A stretch of DNA of 64,000 bases from Emiliania huxleyi CCMP1516 (taxonomy: Eukaryota), in contig NW_005201421.1 in NCBI RefSeq assembly GCF_000372725.1, positions 62,001 through 126,000 on the forward strand, written 5' to 3'. This document shows, one piece after another, positions 48,701 to 59,199 of the stretch. The first letter of the stretch is position 1; the number at the start of each line of letters is the position of its first letter. A program made the translations under genes and the position numbers. A model generated the notes under the pieces. It did not search any database. It was not told the DNA's origin and was given only the letters and a program-made list of their open reading frames with translations.

Positions 48701-51575
48701 TGGGCACGCTGGAGCGGTTCGGGCTCTGGGAGTCCGAGGGCGGGTGGGCGGCGCGCATCGAGGGCATCGAGGGCGACACCGCTCTCAAGAGCCTGGGCCT
48801 CTCCAACGACCACTACCAGTACCTCGCCACTGTGGTCGACCGCGTCATCCACGCCGCCGCGCGCGTCAACCTCGTCTTCCCGTGCGCGATGCCCTAGCTA
48901 GTCACCCGTGAGCAGTGTCGGTGGTGGGGAAGTGGGCGCGATGTCTCTCGCTCGGCTGAGGTTCTGGGCTGAGCGGCTGTCGGAGTGTGTGCCGCAGGTA
49001 CGCGCGCCTGCGCAGGGACAACGTCCTAACCCTAACCCTAACCCTAACCCTAACCCTAACCGCAGGTACGCGGGCCTGCGCAGAGACAACGTCGTGTCGA
49101 CCACGCGCGTGCTCCACTTCGCGATGGACCACAAGGTGAAGCCGGTGACCTACGTCTCGACCGACGCCGTCTTTCGGCCAGGCGACGCGCGGCCCGCGCG
49201 CGGAAGAGAGGGCGAGGCCGAGTGTGAGTCCTCTTTCACACCGCCCCCCCCTCTCCCTCCCTCAGGCACGCGCGGACCGCACGCAGAAGGCGAGGCCGAC
49301 TTGGACGCCGAGCTGCCCCTTCTCACGACCGGCTACGCGCAGTCCAAGTGCGTGGCGGAGCTGCTTGTGCGCGAGGCGGCCAAGCGAGGGCTAATTAGCT
49401 AACTAATTAACTATTAATTAACTACTAATTATTAATTAGGCGGCCAAGCGAGGCTTGCCCACGACCATCGTCCGGCCAGGCAAGCCCGAGATTACCCGAG
49501 ACTACCCGAGACTACCCGAGACTACCCGAGATTACCCGCCTGCCCACGACCATCGTCCGGCCAGGCAAGCCATCGCCGGCTGAGACACCTCTGCGTCTCT
49601 GCGTCTCTGCCCTTCACGCTCCCCGCGTGTGCGCCATTTAGGCAACCTTGGTGGGTGCGACCCGCGCGCCGCCATCCGACCGCGAGGCGCGCGTTCGCTC
49701 CTCCGCGCCGATGACACGCCGATGACACGCCCGTGACACGCGCGTGACACGCCCTCCTCCCCCTGCAGGCACGCGCCAGCTCATCCACGCCGAGAACGTG
49801 TCGATCGGGCGCACGCCCCGCTTCGACGCCGCAGAGCAGGTCAAGGCTGCGCTCGACGCCGCCGAGCGGTCGCGAGGCGGGCCGAGCTCTCTCTCGGACA
49901 AGGTCGCCGCCGCTGGCTGGAACAGCTCCGACTCCAACTTTCTGATGCTGGTTGGCTGCGCGCTGCTCGGCGCGGCGCCTGGCGGAGTCGGCGGGTGGAG
50001 CTGCGAGCTGACGCCGGTCGACTTTGCGGCGCGCGCAGTCGTGGCCCTCTCGGGCGACTCTGGCGCGGTCGGCCAGGCGTACAACCTGGTCAACTCCGAC
50101 GCGACTCTGCCTTGGGACGCCGTGCTCGACGCGGCGCGGAGCTGCGGCGTCGCGGTCGAGTCGCTGCCGTACGCAACCTTCCGCGAGCGGCTCGAGGCTG
50201 CCGCCGGCGGCGCGTCGGAGGCGGCGCAAGCCATCCTCCGCCCGCTGTGGGACTTGCTGAGTCCACTGGCCACTCCGGAGGTGTCGCCGCCGTCGCGCGC
50301 AGCCGTTCCCGCCTGCGCCCCTTCACGGCCGTGTGTCTGTGGACAGGCACTCGCCGCCAACGACGCCACCGCCTCCTTCGAGAGCGCCGCCTTGCGCGCC
50401 GTCTGCAGCCGTCGCGGCGCGGGCGCCTACCCGCCTCTCGACATCGCGCTCGTGCGCGAGTATTGCTGGCACCTCCTCGACGCTGGCGTCTTCCCGCGGC
50501 CGGCGGTCGGAGGCGCGGCCGGGGGCGCCGAGCCGCGCCGCCTCACCGGCCAGGTCGAATCTCGGGTAATCTCGGGTAATCTCGGGCTTGCCTGAGCCGC
50601 GCCGCTTCACCGGCCAGGTCGCCGTCGTCACCGGGGCCTCGGGCGGGATCGGCGCGGCGATCGCGCGGCAGCTCGCTGCGGCGGGTGCGGCGGTCTGCCT
50701 GGCGGCACGGCGGAAGGGGCGGATCGAGTCGCTGGCGGGGGAGCTGTCCCGCGCGCACGGCGTGCCCACCCTCGCCGTGGTTGCGGACGTGACCGACCGG
50801 GCGTCCGTCAAGGCGTGCGTGCGCGAGGCGGAGGGTGCGCTCGGCCCTGTGAGCGTGCTGGTGTCCAACGCGGGCGTGATGCACTACACGCTGATGAAGA
50901 ACCTGCACGAGGACGAGTGGGCGCAGGCGGTCGACGTCAACTGCAAGGGCATGCTCAACGCCGTCGGGGCGGTGCTGCCCGGCATGCTCTCGCGCGGCAG
51001 AGGCCACATCCTCACAATCACCTCGGACGCGGGCCGCAAGGCCTTCCCCGGCCTCTCCGTCTACAGCGGCACAAAGTTCTTCAACGAGGCGGTCTCGCAG
51101 GGCTTGCGCGCCGAGTGCGTCGGTACGGGCGTCAAGGTGACGACCGTGCAGCCGGGCGATTGCCGCTCCGAGCTCCCCGCTTGCACGACCGACGAGGAGG
51201 CGCGCGCTCGCTACGCGCAGCGGCCCCGCGTCTCTGCTCCCGCGATGCACCGCGCTTGTCGCTCCTCTCCACGCCGCACCCGCCCTCCCCTTGTACTCCT
51301 CACCGTGCCCGTCTCTCCTCGCGCGACGCACACCGGTCTGCCCCTAAGGCGCGCGGCATCTACGCGCAGCCGTCCAAGGACCGCAACGTCTGGCTCGACC
51401 CGCTCGACGTCGCAGACACCGTCGTGTGGGCCCTGTCGCAGCCGCCGCACGTCGCGGTCCGCCCCCGGGAGGAGGTCGTCGAGCCGCGAAGGCGTGACAC
51501 GTCCCACCACGCGTCCTCGGCACGTCCGCATAGGTCAACGAGGTCCTCGTTGAGCCGCGGGACGCGCCCGCGTGA
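45766..51575 (+). CDS. NRPS-like A-T-R-R reductase (glycine betaine reductase ATRR-type), multi-exon
   Basis: A domain YSSGTTGEPKG, CNVFFVWE, NLYSISE, YDTGD, KIRGYSVEL; T domain FFDQGGHSL; R1 LLTGATGFLG, GYAQSK; SDR R2 VTGASGGIG, NAG, YSGTK; stop …EPRDAPA*. Confidence 0.9.
49026..49060. repeat. Intronic telomeric repeat (CCCTAA)n
   Basis: CTAACCCTAACCCTAACCCTAACCCTAACCCTAAC read directly. Confidence 0.9.
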
Positions 51576-53039
51576 GGCTGGCAGAGCGGCGGCGCCCCGG
51601 CGGGAGAGGGGGGCGGAGCGGCCGGCACCGAGAGGCACTCTGGCGGGAGACGGAGGGGAGGGGGAGGGGGCCGGGGAGGGGAGGGAGACGGGGTCGGTGG
51701 CTGGCTTTCGGCACGGCGGTGTCACATGGAATCCCATGCATGATGCAGCATCACATAACACACATGAACATGATGCATCCTAATACATGATCCAGGCAGG
51801 CGTAGAGAGCGTGGCTGGTGGCCGGTGGCGGTGCGGTTTTTTACTATACGAAGTGGAGTCTGTCCGACGGCGACGCCCGCGGGTCAAATGGAAAGGTGTA
51901 AGTCGTAACAGCCAACACGCCGCAAAGGCAAAACAAGAGCCAAAAATCTCGAGCCGTGTAACAGAAGATAAACACGCGCAGTGGCCGTGCACCGTTTTTA
52001 AATCCAAGGTGCGTCACACACACGGTCACACGACCGAGTCTCCGCAAAGGGTCCACCGTGGATGGAGATGGAGCGTGAAGTTGCATTCGTTGAAGAGGAA
52101 AGGCTCAAAGCGAGCTGCTGGACCCCGCCATGGCCTCGTCGATGTGGCCGGTGCGCCCCTGCTTGCAGTAGAAGCAGACCTGCTCCGCCGGGTTCTTCTT
52201 CTCCGAGCGTACAGCCCGGCGTAGTGCAGATGTCGGCCACCGGCTCGGTTGGAGACACGTTCGGTGCCGGCGAGGAGGACGAGGTCGAGGCAGCAGACGA
52301 GGTGGAAGCCTGCGGATCGCCCTTGGCCTTGCACTGGCACGCGATAACCTCCCACCAGAAGAGGGAGCAGCGCGTCACCAAGTCGTCGTGGTCGGCAAAG
52401 GTGCCAGGGGAGAGGGTCTTGTGGCAGTAGAGCTCGTCCTCGTCGAACTCCTCAGGCATCGTGTCTGTGAAGAGGGTTGCGTGCATGTGCCATGTCGGCC
52501 TCGGCCCCGTCAGACAGGTTGACGTTGCGCAGGAAGATGAGCTGGTCGCGCCTTGTTGCGCTGCTCTTCGAGAGTTTGGGCTTCCTCCAGGCTCAGCTGC
52601 GAGACATCTCCGGCCAGCATCTGCGCCTCCAAGTCAGCAATACGCCGCCGCTCGAAGCTGCGCTCCCCATTGTTGGCGATCTGGAGGTCCTCGAGCTGCT
52701 TGATGTACGCGAAGGCGTCCCAGATGGAGTTTACGATTGTGTGAGATCCCACGAATCCGCGCAGCCAGCGCAGCCGATTGTATTGCTTCGTGGCCGTCGT
52801 CGGGGTTAGGGTCGCGGAATCCTGTTGTGAAACGAAAAAAGAAATGAACCCGGGCTGCCGCGAGAGAGTCGATTGTGGACACGATTCCCCCAGCTTGATG
52901 TCCTCAAATGCCCACAGAGTATACTGGTTGTGCTCACAGGTTGTGCTACATCAACAGGGGTGCAACTGAGAGGCTGCAACTAAGGAACAGCGTTTTGCTG
53001 GGCGTGGTACCAGCGTACGGATGGACAAGCGTGGTACCA

Positions 53040-53166
53040 GCCTCGACAGGCCTCGACAGGCCTCGACAGGCCTCGACAGGCCTCGACAGGCCTCAACAGG
53101 CCTCGACACCTCTATCCCTCGACAGCAGCTCGACACCCTCGACACCGGGCCTCGACACCTCGACAC
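53040..53166. repeat. (CCTCGACAGG)n 10-mer tandem array, decaying at the 3' end
   Basis: About 6 near-perfect units, then CTCGACA variants. Confidence 0.9.
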
Positions 53167-54092
53167 CAGGCGGGGCTCAGATCGCCCCCGCAGCGATATG
53201 GGTAGCACTGACCGATATGTAGCACCACCAGGCGTTATGGTACTTGGTAGCGGCGCCGATATGGTATCACCCCCAAGTGATATACCACGGGGCGCTGTAT
53301 AGCACCTTCCAGCGACAAGTATCGGCCGAGGTGATATGTTATCGGGGTGGGGCCATCTGCATCTCACCGCAGTTCTGAGGTGTCTTTACCGTTTTTAAGC
53401 GTTAGACTTAGAGCCGTACGGGGTGTGGACCCTGAGTTGACCAGGGGTTGTGCGCCGGGCCCTCCTGCTCGGCTCCAGCGAGTAGACAAGTGTTGTCATC
53501 AACAGAGTAGAAGGATCTGACCTCGGGGCCGATGTGACCAAGCGCTGGTAGCGTGGTTTAACCTCACACCCATGGTCTCACAGTGTGCCGGCAGTCGCCG
53601 AGCAGTGTCGCTCACACAACGAGCCGCAGCACAAGTGACTGAGGGCCAGTGAGGGCGAGCCCATCGCTGTCACAGCTGTGGCAGCCGCACAGTAGGCTGT
53701 GTCAACTGTGCAGAGTGTGTGAGCAGCAGAGGAGCTGCTCTCCAAGCTTCAGGCGCAAAGAGCTGCATGCCACCGAAAGCGCTGTCGAGGTTCGCCGAGC
53801 GCGGCGCAGGTTGGAGGACACCGTCACCGACGAGCGCGTTGGAGTATTCACTCCGGACAAAGACGGCGACACGCACACGAGCTGCGGCCGTGTCGCCGTC
53901 ATAGCGGCGAGGCGCGGGACCGTCTGTGGCGAAGTGGGTCGCGTCCTCCGATTTCCTCAACTCACGGTCCGCTCCCTCTAACGCGTAAGTTCCTGACACT
54001 CGACGGCTCTCTATGCTCTCTATCTCTCTCTCGTTTGAACACGTGCCTTTGATTTGAAAGAGAAAAAATCTAAACACGCAAGCCGTGGCGGC

Positions 54093-55531
54093 TCACGCAG
54101 ACGAGAGGGGGGGGAGGCGGCCAGCCTCGTGCAGGACTCGCAGCAGCCGGTTGGCTTGGCTGAGGAGCCCGCCGTCGGGTTCGAGAGAGAGGGTGTTGTG
54201 CGCGGCCTGGAGCATCGCGACCAGCGTCCCTTTCGGGAGGGAGAGCGCCGAGCGGATCGTCTCCACCTTGACCAGCAGCGGCAGCTCCTTCTCGGCGGCG
54301 GCGGCGACGGCGGTGGAGGCAACGGCGACGGGGGTAGCTGCGGCGGCTGCAGCGGCGGAGGCGGGCGCCGTGGCGGGAACAGTGTGCGCCGCGAGGAGCT
54401 GCTCTAGCCGTGCAACCTTCTCCGGCAGCTGCGCGGGCGGGTGGGAGGCGGAGGCTGCGGCGGAGGGGGTGACGCCGCGCGTCTCGAGAAGCGCCTGCAC
54501 GGCACCCTCGACGGCGACGACCCGCCCAAAGATGCCCCCGCTCGCCGCCCGCCCGCCGGCCGCCCCTCCGCTCGACTCAACGTACTCCTCGAGCGCTTCG
54601 AGCCGAGCTATGATCGTGCCAGCGTCGCTGGGAATAAAGGGGCGCGGCGCGGCGGAGGCGGTGGAGGAGGCGGTGCGAGGCGGCGGCTCCGTCCCGGCGG
54701 GGCCCGCGGTTCCCCCTCCTCCCGCGCCTCGCGCCCCTCTGCCGGCCAAATCTGCGCCCCGCAAGACCTCGACCTCGATGAGGCCACACGCATCGCGCAG
54801 CGCCTGGAGAAGGGGCATCCGCGAAGGCTCAGGCGGGGAGGGGCGCTCCGGGGGGCGAGCCCCTCGCCTCGCCGCTCGCTGCCTCGGTCGCCGCCTTGTG
54901 GCCCCACACGGGCGTACCGTTGACGGCGAGGACCTGGTGGGGGGGGGGGGGGGGGTGCCGTGGACGCGTCGTGGACACACGTGCCCCGGGGGTACGCGTG
55001 GCCGTCCAGAGGCGCGAGGACCGTGTCTGCGGCGCGGAGCCTTCCCTCGGCGAGCCCGCCCGGCAGCACCTGCAGGAAGGCTCCGAGGAGCTTCCGAGAA
55101 GAGTCCTCGCCTTGCCGACGGCGGTCCCTGCCCCGGCAAGCGCCTCCGAGACGCGAGGGTGTGTGTCGACGGCGCCTACGGGAGGGGGTCCGAGCAGGTT
55201 CCGAGAAGGTTCGCAGGCGGCGATGATGCGTGTCGCAGGCGCCAGTCAGCCGCACTCCCCACCTGGGCACCCGCGCGCATTCCGACTCCGCTGGCCGCTG
55301 GAACCAAATCGAGAGCTTTTTGGAGGAGGAGCTCGAGGTGTGGCACGAGGCGTCCGACGCCTGACGCCCGCAGCTGCGAGCGGGGCCCGCCGACGAGGCG
55401 GAGGCGGAGGCGGAGGCGGAGGCGGAGGCGGAGGCGGAGGCGGAGGCGGAGACAGGAGCCCTGCCCTCCCGTCCGCTGCGAGCGGCCACAGAGGCGAACG
55501 AGGGCACGGCGGCCCGCGTCGTCGAAGGGGG

Positions 55532-55592
<61 letters not shown>

Positions 55593-56827
55593 TGCCGCTG
55601 GGTGAGCCAAGCAGAGGCGACGCCCGAGCTGCCGGCCGGCCTCGAGCTGCTGTGCGCCTCGGCTGGAGCGGAGGCGGCGGTGGCGGAGGGGCCGGCGGAG
55701 GCGCCGGCCGCCGCCGCAGCTGCCATCCTCGCGGCGGCCGCCTGGGAGAGGAAGGAGGTCCTCTCCTTCCCCTCCTCTCCCTCCTCCTCCGCCTCCTCCT
55801 CCGCCGCCCCGTCTGCCCCCGCGCCGCCCGCCTCGGGCGCACGCTCGGGCGCGCCCTCGGGCGCGTACACATAGAGACCGCGCTCCTGCCGGATGCCGGG
55901 CAGACGCTCGAGCACCAGCGCCGGGCTGACGTAGCCGATCCCACTCTCCTTCGCCGCCGCCACGCAGAGGCTCCTCAGAGCCGTGTCTGCGATCAGCCTG
56001 CCGGCGGCGAGGCCTTGCTCTTCGCCGGCGCGCAGCTTGTCGACCAGCTGGCGGTGCAAACGCCCTCCGTGCAGCTTGGCCGCCAGCTGGGCCGCCACCG
56101 CCCTCTCCGACCGCCCGTGCTCCTTCCGCTGCGCCTTCTCCTGCGCCTTGTCCGCCTTCTCCTGTGCCTCCTGCCTCTCGTCCACGAGCGCAGCCAGGTC
56201 GGAGAAGCTCGCGGCGGCGCCGTCGCGCCAGCGGCGCTGAATCCGCGTCGCCGCCTCCACCATAGTCTTTGGCTTCACGCCGTACACTTCGGCCAGCTGA
56301 CGCTTCGCCTTGGCCCGCGCCTTGGTCCCCGGCTCCGCCGCGCACAGCTCGGCGAGGGCGGGGAGGATGGGGGAGGGCGGCACGCCCATCGCGGCGGCAG
56401 CGGACACCGCCGCCGCCCCCTGAGCCCCGTAGGCGCTGTCCGCGTGCATCATCCCTCGCCCGTTCGGCCGGAGAAAGCCGTGGAGCATCCCTCGCCCGTC
56501 GTAGAGCGGCATCGCGCCAGGCGGGAGCGCAGCCATGGAAGGAGGGCCCATGTGCGGCCCCATCATCGGGCCCATCAGAGGCCCCATCGGCGAGATGCCA
56601 AAGTGCGGCGGCATGGCGGGGGGAGGGTACATCATCGGTGAGGGCCCCATCGCGGGCCCCATCACCGACTGCACGCCGGGAACCTGGTTATATGCACCAC
56701 AGCGGCCGCACACCACGCTCGGCGCACCGCTCGGGACGACGAGAGTGGTGTGGCACCCGAAGCAGCCGAGGTAGGCGGAGTAGACGGGCGAATACTGGCC
56801 GGGGGCTGCGGGCGCGGGGGGGCGCAT
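54093..56827 (-). CDS. Hypothetical protein with LSD1-type zinc finger, Pro/Met-rich region and IQ-like motif; multi-exon
   Basis: CFGCHTTLVVPSGAPSVVCGRCGAYN; AATRIQRRWR; Ala runs; C-terminal exon ends …PPLSSA*. Confidence 0.6.
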
Positions 56828-57891
56828 TTGGAGGCCCTTTCCGGCACCCAGCGCGGCACGACAGCGGGCGCGAACAGAGACTGATCGAGTACGGTTCGTT
56901 GTGAAGTGGGCGCGCCACCCAACGAAGAGCCTAGGTAGGTGCGGATCGGCAAGGCGCAACCCATCTTTTTGCCTTATTATATCATCCTTGGGTTGTGATC
57001 TAAGAACTTGAAAGCAACCACGCACCACGGGGCCCTTGCTGTCTAGAAATATATACGCGCGACCTCCCGCGAGCGCGGCGGGATCGGAATTGCGGCCGGA
57101 GGGAAGGGCGAGCCGCCGCCGCCGCCGCCATACCATCAGCGACGACGACCGCGGCTCGCCCCAAACGCCAGGCGCTGGATCGGCAGTAGGGCTCGGGCGG
57201 CGCAGCGTAGGCCTCGAGCCACACGAGTCGCCGACACAACCCCCCCTCATCGACGTGATGGCAGCACCCGCTGCCGGCCGATGCAAGCTGCCGCCTCCAC
57301 CGCACCAGCGACACTGGCCGCGGCTCGCCGCCACGCGCCGGCTCGGAAGAGGGGCTGTCGGCAGCGCAGCAGAGCGGCACGCCTCGTCATTCGAGCAGCA
57401 CCAGCCCCCCTCTTCGACGTGACGGCCGCTCTCGGAGCCGGCCGGTGCGCGCTCGACCCACGCCCCCCCTCGCACAGCAGACTGGCACGAACTAGCACAG
57501 AGAAGAAAAGGTGGTGGCGGGGCCGCGGCTGAAAATGGCTAGGAGGGGAGGTCGGGCCCCGCGCCCGTCGGATGATCATCGGAAGGCGAACAAGAGGAAG
57601 AACTCAGAGGAGAGGGGAGCCTCATCCGGAGTGAGGATGAGGACCTTGCGCGAAGGGGCCCTGAGCGGTGACGTCGTGTGAGAGTACGCGTCGTGTTCAT
57701 GTCTGGTGTTCATTATAGCTCCGAGTAGAGGGGGGGCGGTCTGCTGCTAGGGGAAACCCGGAGCGCGGAGCCAACCCTCGGAGACCCGTGTTTACTTTTA
57801 AGGCCCTTTCCCTGCGAACGCGCACCCCCGGGGCTAGGGCTCTCTTGCCCGCAACCCGATCCCGATCATCCGGCCCGCTGGGTGCGCTTCT

Positions 57892-58333
57892 TAGCTCCCC
57901 GGCCCTGGATGTGAGGCTGATGACTGCACTCCAAGTGCTCCAAAGTGCTCACCGACACAGGTTCGACCCGGGTAGAAGAATTTTAGAACTAACTCTTCCT
58001 CCGACACTGGGCACGGGACTGGCGCGCACTCTGGCGCTATAACAGTAGAAGAATACGTGGCTGGGTCCACAGCGATTGTAGGAGAGCGCAACCAGTAGGA
58101 GGCCCGCGCCTGCCCCCGTGCCGCCGGGTGCAACCTGTCCTATACGAGAGAGGAATCCCTGGGACCCTGTCGTGTGGGTGAACCCTGCCCAGCCCCCCTC
58201 CGTGTCGCGATGCGCTCCCCGCTCCCGTTCCCCTGTGTCCCTGATCGTCCTTCCAAGATCCTGCTCGTGCAGGTGGGGACCCTGTCCCTCTCCCACCCCT
58301 CGTTTGGCGTGCCCGTTTTATTTATTTATTTAT
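57892..58333 (+). mobile_element. Dispersed repeat copy B ending in (TTTA)n; possible non-autonomous or non-LTR element remnant
   Basis: Shares blocks with 27090-27361 (inverted) and with 19522-19577 (direct). Confidence 0.65.
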
Positions 58334-59199
58334 AGGAAATTTGGGGGAACACTTGACGGTCGCGGCCTTCCGACTCGCGCCTCCGCCTCACTGGCACTAT
58401 TGTAGCCCTGGCCGGTGCGCGTGTGGAGTTGAAGTTCCCGAGTGAAAATTCGAACGCGTTCTCTCACGGTGACCAAAAAATGTCCACCTCAGAGGCACCT
58501 CCGGAGGCAGGCCGCCGCACGCCGGCGACACAGCTCCAGCTGTCGAACTGACCCGCAGCTCCTCTCAGAGCGGAAACTGTGACGAAAGTTGACTGAGGCG
58601 GTTGTCAGGAACCATCATACGGATCACATGGTGGCTCTCTCATGACGGGAGACCGCCCGACCACTCCTGGGTGGCACTGCCACCGGTGTCGCTCGACGTC
58701 CTGTCGACAGCGTGCCGACAGCGACACAGACCATGTGGGACGCGTCGAGTATCGACCTCTACTGCTTACCCAGTCTTCGAGTGTATCCTGCCTGTGGTCC
58801 CACACCCACTGGTGTCCGTCTCAGAGACCGCAGGAGGTCATGAGGGTCGATGGGAGTGCCAACCCCACAATGCCTAAAGACCCAGCCCAGTACAAGTTTG
58901 CCCACTCGCGTATTAGAAGAAAATTTCGACCGTGTAGTCGGCCCGCGGGTCCCGCGCAGCTGCGCCGCCGCCAGCTCCACCGTGGAGGCTCCAGCCCAGC
59001 AGCCAGCACCGCTGCGTAGCGCGAACTCCCGCTAACGGAATCTTAACCCTGCACCTTTCCCTCTCCTTATAGAATTCCTACTCTACCCGCGAGCCCTGCG
59101 CTTGCCGGCGCCTCCGGCGCGCGCGCCTCTGGCTCTCCGGATTCCTTTCGTGCTAAAACTTTGACGCCATGTCGTCCGCGGTCGTCGCCGCCCCGAACC

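Noticed and set aside
47118..49570. Repeat-spacer-repeat pattern resembling a CRISPR array
   Set aside because: Each repeat pair is different and is coding sequence of the host gene; there are no cas genes and the context is eukaryotic.
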